DNA of 59,345 nt, the filler included, from Sphacelaria rigidula (Eukaryota), in the NCBI GenBank assembly GCA_964200075.2. It is 9 parts of 9 records of this genome, joined end to end, with 100 filler letters (N's around TTAATTAATTAA, not from the genome) between each part and the next. Parts side by side here need not be neighbours in the genome. Positions count along the whole stretch, not along the records: positions 6,607 to 13,112 come from CAXNAA020019678.1; positions 13,213 to 19,717 come from CAXNAA020019679.1; positions 19,818 to 26,322 come from CAXNAA020019680.1; 6 more parts are not named here. The stretch is one strand, 5' to 3'. Positions 9,952-22,048 of this stretch are shown here, one piece after another. How positions within the stretch are numbered: position 1 is the first letter of the stretch; each line of letters opens with the position of its first letter. The notes under the pieces are model-generated. The model had not been told where the DNA came from, searched no databases, and worked only from the letters and a program-made list of their open reading frames with translations. The position numbers and the translations under genes were made by a program.

Positions 9952-12900
9952 CCCCCCACTCCCGGGTTGAAGTTGGCCCTCGTGCCTTCTGTATGATATA
10001 AGAGCCGTCCTGGTACGTGAGTGGGCTATAGCTGCGACTACAGTAGTAGATATTTTAGTAACCTGTCACTGGGAAGCTTAGAGTCTCAAGTTAGAACTCT
10101 GTACACAACGCAAACGTTGGACTAGCGGCGTTGTTTTGCTTAGGATATTTTCAGAAATCAACCAACCGCGAGCTATGTTGCAGGACCACATGTGGCTTTT
10201 GCACCCTTGCCCGATGTCGTCGGTACCGCAAACCCTTGTCGTCGAGATGCTAGTTGGTTGAGAAAAAAAAAATCTCTAGTTGTCAGTCGCGGATCGGTCG
10301 CACTTGCCGCCAATTACTCTCTGAATCTAGTGGCTCGTGCGTGCATCATCGTCTTGATATCGTAACCCAGAGGGTTGTGTAGAGTGTGGACGGGAAAGAG
10401 GTCGGTAACATGAGCGACGGCGAGACAGCGGTTCTTTGTTGAACGTTCTGTCGTGTTTTGTTTTGTTGACGGTTTTAACCAGCAGCCGCTTGCCGGCCGA
10501 TTTTTCCTGTTTCGGGGATCGACCTGGTTAGTCGGGGGAGGGGGGTGATGAAGCGCGCACCCGCGGGGGAAAGGTCGTCGCGCGTTTCAGGCCGCCGTAT
10601 GTTGGATATGAGCGTGGTGGTGATCTAATGAATCCTGAGTTGGTGTCATGCGAGAGGGGAGGGTTGGGGTCGGAGGGGAGATGCGATTCTGCCAATTGTT
10701 TTGAATGCTCTCGTGGCAGGATGCTGCTGCTGAATGGGGTTATGCTGTGTTTCTCGACTGTGTTCCTCTCTTGCATTTTTGCATCTCAGCGGACAGGCAT
10801 TGTTGACAGGCATGAATGAAGGCCCAGCGCCATCATCACTGTTGAAGTTTGGAGAGAAAAGGGCACGTGTATTGCGTTCGAGGTTCCGTTCTTGGAGAGC
10901 GGACTTTGGCATGCTCTTGTTACTTGTACGGCGAGGTCCAGTTTGTTGCTGATTCGTATTATTCCTAGCGATGGTCACCGACCGAGTCGTCGTGCGTGCG
11001 TGCGTATTTACGTGTGAACGTTTTGGCACATGTTCTCTTCAGCCCCTCTCGGGTGTCCCGTAATCAGTGGCGGTATACTGTCCCGATGTTCAAGCTATGT
11101 AGTCCTTCGTATCTCCTTTCGATTCTCGTATACCACTTCAGCTCGTGAGTCTGCTCTTTCGTACGTAAATAGGAGGAGGCTTCTGGGGCGTGAGACCCTT
11201 TTGTCACAGACCACCGCTGAGGCTGTCTGATGTTTACTCCAGTGTGTAAGTCCTCTTTTTCTCCCGTCTTCTAGTTAAATGTAAGGGGTGCAGACAAGGT
11301 GCAATAGGCCCTACTTCATTCTGGGGGCAAGTTTTTTTTCTATGGCGTTGCTGTGCTACTGTAGTAGTTACTTTTCCTGCCCTTGTTTTTTTGTCCTGTC
11401 GGTGCCGCAGTACTGTTGCTGCTCTCACGTGGTTTTGCACCCTTCGATAAAGAGTTTTTTTTCACTATTTTTCTTGCAGCAGCAGGGGTATCCCAACATT
11501 TTAATCCAGACACAAGGCGTGGCTTCCTCTGACGCACATACGTAGACTCATCCACCGAAGAATATCCGCAACTCTGCGGTTAAGGGATTGGGTAGAGTTC
11601 TGATGAATACTGTTCACCATATACCACCAACACTTTCATCCAGCGACTTTTTTGTGAGTGTGTGTGTTTGTTTTGTTCAGCCGGGAAAACGTGACATGTT
11701 CTGCTGCTCATGTATGGGTGATTCAAAACAAATTCTATCGCTGGAAACAGGCTTTTTATAGCATGATGCTGCGTCCACCGCATGTGTTGGTGCTCATTAA
11801 TTTTCCCAGGGTTCTAAGGAAAGAGACCTGTATGTACACTGAGGTTGACCAATGTTGTGCGTGTCGCGGGACAACCATCATCACGATTCGTCGGTAGTTG
11901 GCGAATGCCTCATATTAGGCCGGGTGTTGTGACAAACAGATTTTGGCCCACGGATTGTTTACTTTTCGGACGTTTGACCCACCTTTTGACCCCCAGACCA
12001 AGAAAACCGCCAACACACGTCTCGGACGCTTTGTATCACCCTACAGAGAGGAGCTTAGTCTGTTTTTCAGATTCCCTTGGCTCCGAGGTTTAGAGATTGG
12101 CTGCTGAACAAAAATCGTTCGCAAAAATCTGTGCTTGCCGACCCCCGCCAGTTTGGGCAAGCGTCGGGTTCGCGTAAACACGCAAAGATACCGTCGAACA
12201 GCAATACCAAACCTTTCTGGGATTGGCATCAGCCAGTCCGTGGAGAACGGAACATAAATCGACAAGTTACCGTTCGTATTAGGAAACAATGCGCATGAAA
12301 CGCTCTGCAGTTTGGAAAACACGCATTTTCATGGAGAGGAAACTTGCCGTACCCCCATTGGTGTTCTATGCGGTTGTAAAAACTCTACTGGCCTTCATGT
12401 ATACCTGGCGGGGGGACAGGGAAGCCATCCTCTCTCAGGTCTAGAGAGTCGTTTGAATTGTGTGGATGAAGTTGGGACCAATCAACTGTTAGGCTTTCAT
12501 ACCCGTTGCGAACTCCGGTCGGGAGTGAGTACGGCAGCAACGAAAGCTAGCTATGATCGGGTTTGCCTGCCGTACTACCGACAGCGTTGCGTGAAAGCCA
12601 CAAGACCTTTGCTGTCGGCGGTTGATGGCGTGGGTCTCAAATGCAACGACAATAGTGTTTGATCGTAGAGCAAGCTCGTCTCAGCTTGTAATGCATGACC
12701 TTCTCACATCGGAATAGTTCTGTAAAGCTACTCGTAGTGTACCGAGGTGTTTACGCGACCAGCGTGTGCTCCAGGTTGCAGCATGGACGGACTCCTATTC
12801 GCCACACTATCAACAGTTAGGTCACCACCATAGATTTTTTTTTTCACTCCGCATGTCAAAAAGGTCGCTACAAGTGTTTGATCTCTCATGCACCCCCCTT

Positions 12901-13112
12901 AACTGGCGTGTGGTACGCTCTTCTCGTCGGGCACCCAGAGAGTCAGATGTGGGTAAACTCAATGATGAATAACACCCCCCAAGTTCAGATTGAATACATT
13001 TGTTATGGCCGCACCACTGCCCTTGCTGGCATGTGTGTCGCAGAGAACAGTAGTAGCGATGACGGGAACATTGCCCTGTCTTTAAACGACATGCTTTTCG
13101 GCGCACAGAGGC

Positions 13113-13212
13113 NNNNNNNNNNNNNNNNNNNNNNNNNNNNNNNNNNNNNNNNNNNNTTAATTAATTAANNNNNNNNNNNNNNNNNNNNNNNNNNNNNNNN
13201 NNNNNNNNNNNN
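13113..13212. other. Artificial contig linker
   Basis: N44-TTAATTAATTAA-N44. Confidence 0.98.
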
Positions 13213-16100
13213 TCACAGAGTCGGTGAATTGCGCTGAAGACGTATCCACGCGATCTAGGGGCAATAGGCCGACAAAAACGTCATTGAGCACCATCGCTGA
13301 AAGTGTGAGGAAAGCACTGTTCCTGGCATCATTTCGGAGTTAAACCTCAATCCGCACAATTTGTTGTTATAGCCTTCCTTGTCCACCGTAGCTGTAGCCC
13401 ACCGAACCTGCACTCGACGAAAAGTTCCGCTAAGGCACCCCATCGACTCATGGCTCATGTCTTCCACCGCCAATGTACCATCCAGCTCATCCTCCGGCAC
13501 CTGCGTAAGAAAACTTCCCCTAGTGTAGATCCGATGCATCTGGAAACAGGAGCACCTCATACCCCCTGCTTGTGATATGACAAAGCGATAGCATGTGCCA
13601 CCAAATCTTGCGCCTCGTGCCACGCCTGAGCACGCCTGGACCTCCATGCCGACTCCTCGATTGTGCGATGTGACGCCACTCGCTTGGTACGGCGCATGTT
13701 TCCCTGTATGTGTTCCTCCCGTACTACCCGCAGCGGCTCCACTACCTCCACCAGACGCAGCAGGGACATTCTCAGCCAGTTTACCGCCTGCAGAAACTGC
13801 ATAAGCTCGCCTGCTGTGCGCGGGCGCCTAAGATTGGCCTCTCGCGGTCATGAGCCACTTGACCACCTGGGAAGACCTTTCCGCACCACGTGATCTGTGT
13901 GTCGTAGAACATCATGCACTTGTGCGCAGCCGCAAAAATGATTGGCATCCTCCAAATAGCCCAAAATCTCGTCCAATATACACAACAGATCATCCTCATC
14001 TTAATCCCTCCACAAGATATCATCCAGCCATACTTTACACTGAAGTCCGGCCAATGACCCTGTCATGATGCCTTGAAAATACCCTGTCGCATTCAACACC
14101 CCTTGTGCCCGTGTGCGGGTATACAGACCTTCGGGAGTCGCGATTGTAAACATTTCTTGTGCATCAGCCGCCAACGGCATCTGCCAGTACCCCTGCAGCA
14201 TATCAAACTTGCCAAAACACGCAGCTCCTAGCAGATCGATCATTTCCGCCTCGTGGTTAGGCATGACATTTGGAACCTTCTCAATCTGCTTGTTCACCGC
14301 GCGAAAATCACTCCCCAATCGATAACCGCCCTTCTTCGGCGTCGCCATGGCCGCACTCGCCCACACTGCCTGTAAGCTGGGAAATACGAGCCCAAGCGCT
14401 ACCAGCGTCGCCATGCACTCTGTTAACCACGTCGCCTTTACAGGGAAATACATCCGCGGGCTCGCCTATCTAGCCCCAGGTTTGAATCTCACCTTCAAAA
14501 AGCCTTGACACGGCGCCCAACAACCTCCCGGAGCTTATCAACGCTGCTCGCTGACATCCCCTTCTCCACGGCCGCCTGTACCGCATGATCCAATGCAACA
14601 CGACGCTCTGCCAGCTCCTCCTCTGGACTCCCCTGGAGTCATGTTCATCTCGGGATCACGCGACATCAATCGCTCAACGGAGGGATCCACAGGCTCCTCT
14701 CGTCCACCTAGATCCTGTAACGCCTCAATTGCAATGCTCACTCGCTCACATTCTCGGAATTCAGGCGTATCTGCACCTCTCACCGTTGACCCCAGGGAGA
14801 GAAAACCTCTGTAAAAAATTGGCCCAAAGAAAAAGGGTGGGGTATAGCGTGGTGGCTATGATAGGAGTAGACTGCTAGGGAACCCGGTGCACACACTCTG
14901 GAAATGAGTGAGGGGAACACGAGGAAATCAAGGTGACGGTGACAGTGACAACATTAGAATGTTCCTGATTGCAGTCGATAGAGCGCTGGCAAATGGAGTC
15001 GCCCTCCTCGGAGTGAAAGTGCCGGGGATCCAACCCCCACGACTAACTTTTGTGACGGTTCAAGAGACGACCAACTAGACTACTGATCAGGCAGAACGCG
15101 TGTCTTGAGCGTGCGCATGCGTCCAGCCCACTGTACACGTCAATGCCCATGACCTCCAGCATACCACTCCCGATGATCGCCCCATCATCTGCACCTGGCA
15201 TAACCGAATAATGACACGGATTCAGCACCACCGGCCCCAAGCTAGTGTGCAGAGCGGTGCGCACTAGGCACGTCTTCAACTGTATGCTCCATACATTACC
15301 ATCGGCTAGTTTCACCGGATGTGCACGAGCCATGCTCGTGACAACTTCCACATAAGGAAACACTGCTTGCAACCGGGCCGCCTTTTTTTTTGTACATGAT
15401 AGTGATGCCAGCCCCCGAATGCAAAACAGCAGTAACAGCGCGAATGTTCTTGGCTGCGGGACCAGGAACAGGTAAGTCTGCCCGGCAGCATCGCTGCTTG
15501 CGGTCAACTACCGCACCCTCAACCTGTGGATCTGCGACCTCGGCGGTGTGCAGGCCCCGCCATATCGGCACTGTCCAAGACGTCCACTCATGAGCCGGTC
15601 CCGATGGCAGTTGGGGTTGAGCTGCAGGAATTGGAGCCGAAGGCTGGGGCGGAAACATGCTATCCGCACTACTAGCACCCCCTTGCATCCCATCCCCTGG
15701 AAAAGCAGCACGTGTGGGAGCAGAACCTTCACTGCCCCCCCGCTGACCATGGACCCGTTGCTGCTGCTGCTGCAGCTTCGGCGGAAGCAACTTTGCTTGC
15801 CCACCTGACGCACTCCCCGTGGCCGCAGGTGTGCTTTGTTTGTTACATTCCTTCTTGTAGTGACCCTTATTGCCACAGTCAAAGCAGCCTGCGTAGCTGA
15901 GACCAGGTTCGTGAGACTTTTTCGAACGTTGTGAACCGCTTTTTTGCCTAAGTTGCGGTTGCTGGCGTCAGTCTTTGTCAACCGCTTTCCCAGTCCTTCA
16001 TTTTCCCGCTGATTCATGAGCGAGCATAGATAGCTCTGGTAATGATGTGTGCTGAACCAGCATTGAATGTACGGTTAGGTTCACGGAAAATGCACCCCGC
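13213..16100 (-). mobile_element. Degenerate Ty3/Gypsy LTR retrotransposon internal region (gag knuckle, protease, RT, RNase H)
   Basis: CCHC knuckle CFDCGNKGHYKKEC (15845-15886); protease AVLHSGAG...AIIG (~15110-15460); RT YRLGSDFRAVN, KFDMLQGYWQ, KVWLDDIL (14001-14453); RNase H remnants FLTQ...LSGTF...VDKEGY; many frameshifts; upstream boundary approximate. Confidence 0.92.
14001..14453 (-). pseudogene. pol: Gypsy reverse transcriptase fragment
   Basis: Conserved RT motifs including WLDD; interrupted by a stop and frameshifts. Confidence 0.9.
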
Positions 16101-16889
16101 ACCCTCATTGTAATATACTCCATTGCCCTTTCACTCCGCCAATTGCAGTTGACTCAGACCGTGCGGCAAGCGCCTTTTTCACGCCTGCTGCAGCTTCGGA
16201 AGGATCGATTTCCATATCTGACCAGCATTTCGCGTGGCATGCAGTCCCTTGCTGAAGTTCATCTTCTTCGAGTGTGTAGAGCAGTCCACCTCCAGTACAC
16301 GTACGTGCAGGTTCATGAGATATCCAAATAGGACAATCTGCTGTAGGCGTTTTTTATTGGTTGACGGACTTGCGGGTCTGGTCGGCAGACCATGTGGTTA
16401 CTTCCGATAACGAAGGCTGTGTGTTTATGAATAACAACTGTATTGAAGTCTCCAGGCCTTGGTGAGGGAGGAAACCCTCGGAGCAATCTTGTGACCTTGT
16501 TCTGAGTCCAGGAGGGCTCTATAATGAACGTTCATGAAGAGGAACCCGCTGGTTTCTGGAAGAGGTTTTTCACCTGTGGCCAGCTGCGGAGAAATTATAT
16601 CAGACTTTGTACACAGTACTGTGCACTCTGTAACGTGAGGGAGCTCGCTGACAACAGAGAGACGGCTAGAATGGCTGGAACTGTTGCGTGCAGCTATGGA
16701 AACGCGCAAGAAAGTGGATGATGGCGATGCAGGCGAAGAGGTGAAGTGTAAGTTTACTGAGCTTATATTATGCCTGCAGGATCGCTGAAAGCCCCAGGTT
16801 CGACATCTGCGGCGGTGCCAGCATGGAGATCGCTCAAAGCGGGGTAGGTGTCAGGTTTTCAATCTGAGGGTCTGCAAGTAGATCCCAAG

Positions 16890-17235
16890 GAAAGGTGGTG
16901 TCTTGCCGACTTGTCTCTCTCGAGTGCAGGGGCAAAGGGTGTTTGTCCGGTCAAGGCCATTTTAGACTCGGCATCTGGAATTAAGACCATGTCAGTGGGT
17001 GTAGCGGTGAAATTACAAGCCATGGTTCCAGATGACCGAATGGTCACACCGATGGTCGGTAAACAGCTGGTGACACTAGCTAACGGCAATGTTGAGCGCG
17101 TGAAGCAGAAAACTTGCCCTGTCCGAACCGCTTTACACACCAGCTGGGGACCAGATGTGCTGGACCCATGTTCATATGCGGTCATGCCGGGTACAGATGA
17201 TGTGATCATCATGGGGAGACCTACGCTGGAGGCTG
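16890..17235 (+). pseudogene. Second Gypsy aspartic protease fragment, opposite orientation
   Basis: VKAILDSASG...TLANGN...RTALHTSWGP...VMPGTDDVIIMGRPTL; clearly paralogous to ~15110-15460. Confidence 0.85.
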
Positions 17236-17670
17236 TAGACTCTAGCCACCATTGTTACCGAGGGTTGGGGACATTTTGTAGGTGGAGTTGCGGGTCTGAT
17301 TGCCGGACTCTATCATGATAATCTCCGTGACGAGTAGGCTTGGTTTTGCCACTCTGGTGGAGAGAGGCCATGGTCCTGTTCTCCTATACTATGCTGAGGG
17401 TTAATATATAAATAACTAAAGCTGCTGAAGTCCATGTGCCCGTGATGGGAGGAGTCCACATGGCAATCTGGTCTTGAGTGACAGAAGTTCACAATGAACG
17501 CTCATTAAGTCCGCTGATGGCGGTAGATCCGCTGGAAAGCAGCTGACATTTCAAGATAGAGAAGTCTGCAGGCCTGATCAGTTTGCAGCAACAAGACTAG
17601 CTCAAGGCGTGTGTGTTAACGTCGCAAGGAGTTGGAGAAGTAGAGCGATACCACAGTCCGGTGGGACGCA

Positions 17671-18100
17671 TTGCACTGTGGAAGCCGAGAAGCATGTGTC
17701 TGCCCGAGGGGACAGGCACGACACTGCACCCGCCGAACATGCAGGAGGTGCTGCGCGTTTGAAACAACGATACAGGGCAGATGCTTGCACTGTGACAGCC
17801 GAGAAACATGTGTCTGCTCGAGGGAACAGGCACGACACTGCACCCGCCGAACGTGCAGTAGGTGCTGCGCGTTTGAAACAACGACACAGGGCAGATGCTT
17901 GCACTGTGAAAGCCGAGAAGCATGTGTCTGCTCGAGGGAATTGGCGCGAAAGTGCACCCGCCGAACGTGCAGTCGGCAGGGCGCGTCTTAAACCACGATA
18001 CAGGGCAGCTGTTTTCTCTGTGCAGAGCGGCACGGAGACACAGCACGTGTCTGTCAAAGCGGGGAGGGATGAGAAAGCGCCCGCCGACAGTACCGCCAAA
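17671..18100 (+). repeat. 114-bp tandem repeat, ~4 copies (38-aa repeat if coding)
   Basis: Unit starts at 17671, 17785, 17899, 18013. Confidence 0.92.
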
Positions 18101-19624
18101 GTATTTTGGACGCTGCTGGTGTTGCTGCTGTAGAGGACGAATATACCACGCCGCTCGAGCAGACTGCAGGCCACTCAGATGCCGCTGTTGACGTTCAGCA
18201 AAAGGTGGCGGCTGTAGCGAGTATGGGTGATTCTGCTGCTGCTGTTGGCGATGTTGAGAGGGCGAGGCCTACATAGGCCAATGAACAAGTACTGGTGGGC
18301 GGAGGTCCCAGTTGCTTGTTGCCGCTGGACCAGCGCGTAGCTGGAGATACTCCTTGCATGCTCGATGCTGCAGGGGGGTGTTATTCGCGTATTGCGAGCG
18401 AGCAGGGTGAACTAGGAGCTTGCCATGCTCATGGTAAATCTATCTGCGCCAGTGACAGGGCGAGAGATCGTTCAGATGATTCGCAGGGGTGTCTGCTTGA
18501 AGGACAGGTGGATACCGGGTTGGCAGAATTGCCGCCGGACCAGCGCGTAGCTGTGGACACGCCTTGTATGATCGAAACAATAGTGGCGTGTGACCCGCGT
18601 GAAGCGGGTATGCAGAGCGAGCTGTAAGTTTGTGGTGCTCTTAGCGATCACTATTCTAACGGCGACGACGAGCGTCGCGTGGTGTCGGGGTGGTCGCGTG
18701 CACTGCTGTATGCATGGACAGGTTTGGCGTATTTGGCGGCGTTAACTGCGGTGTTTTTGCCGCTGTACGGTCACGTGCTGGACTGTATGGATGTTCCCGT
18801 TTTGCCTCTTGTTTCCTCTAAAAAAGCGACTAAAGAACGAGCGTTCGTGAATGCGCAAGTATCTGTGGAGGCAAATGATCTGTCGCATTGGTTTGGCGGG
18901 GCGAATATACCTTTTAGAGGCGTGTTGAGCTACATGGGGGTGCCAAGTGTAGCTAGACTGAAGGTGCAAGGAGGGAGTGTCCGAGAGGAAAGGCTGCTCC
19001 ACGCTGTGCACTGGGTTGTGGTTCGAGTGCTGCTATTTCTCAGGAGCGGGCGGCAGGAGTACTAAGAAGGCATTACCTGAGGTCTTTGCTGTTGTGGTGA
19101 GCGTCGAGTTGGGTGCTGATGTTGAGGAGCAAGTGCTGTGGTGATTCAGTGCTTGTTGAGAATGAGGAAAAACATCATGACTGGTATTCGCGAATCGTTT
19201 TGAGTATGATTTCAGCTTGTTATTGTGTGGTTTGTGGTCATGTTTGCGCATGAAACATGGTTGTTGAGTGAGCATGATCGTATCGCGTGTTCAGGGTAAA
19301 ATTCTTGCGTACACTTGGATATTTAAGATGTGTGTCTTATGCTGATCTGGTCGGCACGGATGATGCACGATGTTTGCTGCAAAGAAGGTGGCATTGTATG
19401 TGCTGAGTGAAATGCTGGCATGCATGTGCGGGTTTTCATATGCGAAGTAGAATTTTGGCAGGCATGTACGAATTTTTCCTCGGATGGTACTGATATGAAT
19501 GGTATCTGGTGACGATCTAGGGTGGTTCAGTTTTCAATATACTGCTGACACTTTCTGCGATAGCCCCCCCCGAAAAAGTGCATGGTTTTGGGAGGCAAAA
19601 TCTTCACGTAAATCAAAGTGGGAA

Positions 19625-19717
19625 GAGCCGAGCACAACGAGAAGCTGGGAATTCCCAGGCTTGGGTTCGTTCTAGCCAATGTCGCCAATATGAGGCGCTT
19701 TGTGCAGCCTGAACCCG
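19625..19717. repeat. Dispersed repeat fragment
   Basis: Reverse-complement match to ~39915-40010 and direct match to ~41535-41615. Confidence 0.7.
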
Positions 19718-19817
19718 NNNNNNNNNNNNNNNNNNNNNNNNNNNNNNNNNNNNNNNNNNNNTTAATTAATTAANNNNNNNNNNNNNNNNNNNNNNNNNNN
19801 NNNNNNNNNNNNNNNNN
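19718..19817. other. Artificial contig linker
   Basis: N44-TTAATTAATTAA-N44. Confidence 0.98.
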
Positions 19818-19879
19818 CCCCACCCTCTTCCGATCAATGGCAAGCATGATCATGAGTACACCCCCCCCCCCTCCCCCCG

Positions 19880-20037
19880 CACACGGAAGGAAGGTGGAGG
19901 ACAAGAACAAATATATGAAGAAAAAACTCCGGTGTTGGCCTTCCTCCTGTGTGACCCCGGCTGGTGCGCTCACTTCTACGGAAAGGTGTTGACCGGCGTC
20001 CAGAATAGATGGGATGACAACATACGATACACACACA
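19880..20037 (+). mobile_element. 3' half of the tRNA-derived SINE
   Basis: Reverse complement of ~21690-21838 (CCTTCCTCCTGTGTGACCCCG...CCAGAATA.ATGGGA); CA-rich tail. Confidence 0.75.
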
Positions 20038-20849
20038 AATGCTGGGTGTGAATTAGTGTTCTCTCATTGCCTTGGTTCGTGAGGGCATGAAAAAGGAACA
20101 GCTGGCCACCGACAGGATTACCCTCGCCTTGGATGTGACCCGTAGAGCCTCGTGCTCCACTCCTTCCCTAACCTCGCTCAGGTGGTCCTTAGGTGTAGCC
20201 CTCGGGATACGCGAGAAACGAGTGGCTTATGCGAACAATGAAAATAATTTCAGGTATTGAGGACCGACCGCACGCCCAATATCGCCCATGCTCAAGTTTG
20301 GCTTCGGATTTTGTCATTTTTCAAGTGCGAACAGGTAGATGCTGAGGGTATGGAAAACTTCACAGGTCGGACAAGTCACTACTCGTTTAGACGAGTGCAC
20401 TCGTGGGTGTTTTTCCAAAACACAACGAGCATGAGTCGAGTGCTCGCCCAATGATTTTTTTCCACAATGAGCAGTGACTCGGGAGCTCACCCTAGTAACT
20501 TTTCCCACAACGAGCGATGACTCGAGTGCTCGCATTATTATTTTTTACGGCCAACGAGCAGCCCAACGAGTGCGAGTGCCACGAGTTACACTCGTGCTCG
20601 TCCGACGTATGGAAAAATAGTGCATAATGATCCCAAACCGTTCCTTCTGGCCGAGCTACTTATTCGTGGATGTACGTTTTGGTGTGCTAAGTAGGCGGTA
20701 CATTCTGCGAGCGGACAGGAAGAGGTGCACGCTGGCTACCACTACTGGTGTCATGTATTCAAGCGACATACTATCCAATCCGCCTTCCGTTAGCAGTCAT
20801 TGTACTTTCAAGGCGTTGCTGGCCACACCTCTTGTGCGTTTGATGTTTA

Positions 20850-20951
20850 CCCTTGGACCGCGATGCGGGTAGTCCATCTGGATCATAATACTTATTTTTC
20901 AAGTGAAATTAATGCCAATTCAGCAGGTGACGTACCCTGGCGGTCGAAGAG
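20850..20951. mobile_element. piggyBac-type MITE, 102 bp
   Basis: TTTA-CCCTTGGACCGCGA ... CTGGCGGTCGAAGAG-TTAA; family core present. Confidence 0.75.
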
Positions 20952-21277
20952 TTAACACCGCATGTCGCATGGTCTCAAAATTGGTTTGTGGTACCGCGGT
21001 CCTCCTATACACATTGTTGCACCTTACTGCGAATACACTCGGGCTTTTTTTCATCAGAGACGACTGACTGCAGGAAACAGTACGCTACATGAGTACAACT
21101 GTTGCGCACTGCAGTGTCCTTGGCTCTCCACTGCATGCACACAAACGGTACTATATTGACTGGTTAAAGCTCTGCTCAGTGTCACGGGACGAGAGTGCGT
21201 AACTCTTGACAGCGCAAAAGTGGGTACGCAGGTGGCAAGCGAAGCAAGTTTACGCGTGGCAGTAGCTTCGCTTACAC

Positions 21278-21495
21278 CTTGGTAGGGTGAAGAACTGTCT
21301 CGGAAACAATCCGAACCCGAACCCTAACCCTCACCCCGACGAAAGCATATACCCAGAACCCTCGGGTAACGGGTGGTACGAACTGTTCCCTAGGCAAAGC
21401 CTGAGTTGTTTCCAGATCTCGAATTAGTCAACACTGCGTTCGGCGCACGCGAGGAGCACAGCCCTCGTTATATATCCGGACTTTCGGTGTCCGCA
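21278..21495 (+). repeat. Dispersed repeat carrying telomere-like units, copy 3
   Basis: CTTGGTAGGGTGAAGAACTGTCTCGGAAA...GAACCCTAACCCTCACCC...AGAACCCTCGGG...TTCCCTAGGCAAAG. Confidence 0.7.
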
Positions 21496-21684
21496 CGAGA
21501 GAATCAGGCGGACCAACTTGACGTTGCCAAGGGGTGAACTCCACTTGTACGAGTAATACTGTTGTGGCAAAGACCTCCAGACAGCAAGATGCGTTTTTTT
21601 CAATTGCGTGTGTCCATGTTCGACAGTCGACTGTGTGGGACCGGACTCCCAGAAACATGGTGTTTGCATGCAGGGTCCTTGTTG

Positions 21685-22048
21685 TTGTGTGTGTGTTGAC
21701 GTCCCATTTATTCTGGGCGCCAGTCTGCCCCTTTCGGGATATGTGGGCGCATCAGTCGGGGTCACACAGGAGGAAGGTCAAACACCGGAGCTTTTTCTTG
21801 TTCATTTGTTTTTAGTACCCGACCTTCCTTCTGCGGTGCTTGACTTTTTGTTTTTTTATCGCGAGAGGGGTCCAGCAGTCCCTTTCCCTCGTCGACCGTT
21901 ATGGCGACTTTTGTGTACCCACGACATAGTCGCTCTCCAGGGTTGGGCATGATGTAAGAAAAAAACTCAGACCGCTCCGAGAACCGAACCCCGCAACTCA
22001 ACCGGCAGACAGATACGAGGTTACCAACTGAGCCACCGAGGCGACCGG
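21685..22048 (-). mobile_element. Full-length tRNA-derived SINE
   Basis: Minus strand begins CCGGTCGCCTCGGTGGCTCAGTTGGTAA (Pol III A box) with B-box-like GGTTCGGTTCT; CA-rich tail; partial copies at 19880-20037, ~40167-40290 and ~40501-40570. Confidence 0.8.

Noticed and set aside
17597..18174. Overlapping genes in five reading frames
   Set aside because: Explained by a stop-poor 114-bp unit repeated in tandem.
21975..22048. Functional tRNA gene
   Set aside because: Has A/B boxes but no convincing cloverleaf and is attached to a repeated SINE body.
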